A stretch of 64,000 bases of DNA, from contig NEEC01000009.1 in assembly GCA_002189035.1 (NCBI GenBank), positions 992,001 through 1,056,000 on the forward strand. The letters are read 5' to 3'. The notes under the pieces are model-generated. The model saw only the letters and a list, made by a program, of their open reading frames with translations, searched no databases and was not told the DNA's origin. Numbering within the stretch: the stretch's first letter is position 1; every line of letters begins with the position of its first letter. Shown in pieces: positions 63,685 to 64,000 of the stretch. The position numbers and the translations under genes are program-made. The stretch comes from Utricularia gibba. Taxonomy: Eukaryota; Plantae; Magnoliophyta.

Positions 63685-64000
63685 ATGTACAACAGTGCCG
63701 GCAATGCTGACGGCCATTTTTCCAGTCCCGGAAGCAGTGGCAGCATTCGGTATCCCGTGCAACGTCGTCAAGTTTATCAGCCAGTGATGGTACCTGTTCC
63801 ACCACCCCCGTCTCGAATGTTTTTCTCTGCATCCAGAGACGGCGATGATGACGCCGATTTTCCCTTTAGAGATGATGGTTTTCCTGAGTGGAGCAACCAG
63901 GAAATAAGGGACTTCATCGAAATCAAGGCTCAGCTTGAATGGGATTTTTCTGTAGCTGACAGGAATAAAGATCTGTGGGAAACTGTGGCTAACAGAATGA
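63685..64000 (+). CDS. GT-1 clade trihelix factor (GT-3a/3b-like), 5' part only
   Basis: Open from ATG 63685 to the window end: RDDGFPEWSNQEIRDFIEIKAQLEWDFSVADRNKDLWETVANRM. Confidence 0.8.
   Translation, partial: MYNSAGNADGHFSSPGSSGSIRYPVQRRQVYQPVMVPVPPPPSRMFFSASRDGDDDADFPFRDDGFPEWSNQEIRDFIEIKAQLEWDFSVADRNKDLWETVANRM

Overview
Very gene-dense eudicot nuclear DNA: about 28 protein genes or gene relics in 64 kb, most introns 65-150 nt, and short intergenic gaps. This is consistent with a miniaturised genome such as Lentibulariaceae (inference, not provable here). Gene order: partial NAC-like gene, FAS2, MKS1/VQ, GUX (GT8), ATG13, FBN5, GT-2 trihelix, unknown membrane protein, VND-type NAC, coiled-coil protein, WUSCHEL, S2Lb/WDR82, FHA protein, unknown G2/M-type gene, CPK28-like kinase, ARO, COX15, rhodanese, small unknown gene, MS5-like TPR, ROP GTPase, large Lys-rich unknown protein, CYCB2, C2H2-EAR zinc finger, WOX13 relic, PP2C, SRPK, PIRL4/5, RSZ splicing factor, partial GT-3 trihelix. 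No rRNA, tRNA, CRISPR array or intact transposon was recognised. At least a dozen genuine-looking genes are broken by single missing bases, almost all in short homopolymer runs, most likely a consensus-sequencing artefact; this is why the ORF track splits many proteins. Most notable observations: (1) WUS has no in-frame ATG and appears to start at GTG; (2) a WOX13 locus has lost its whole homeodomain but keeps its N-terminal motif as a 52-codon ORF; (3) a 175-bp tandem duplication in RSZ intron 1 creates a second 3' splice site leading into a premature stop, a candidate poison exon; (4) a divergent, C-terminally short VND; (5) MSA elements upstream of three genes. Homologue names and Arabidopsis locus IDs are recalled from memory, not from a search.
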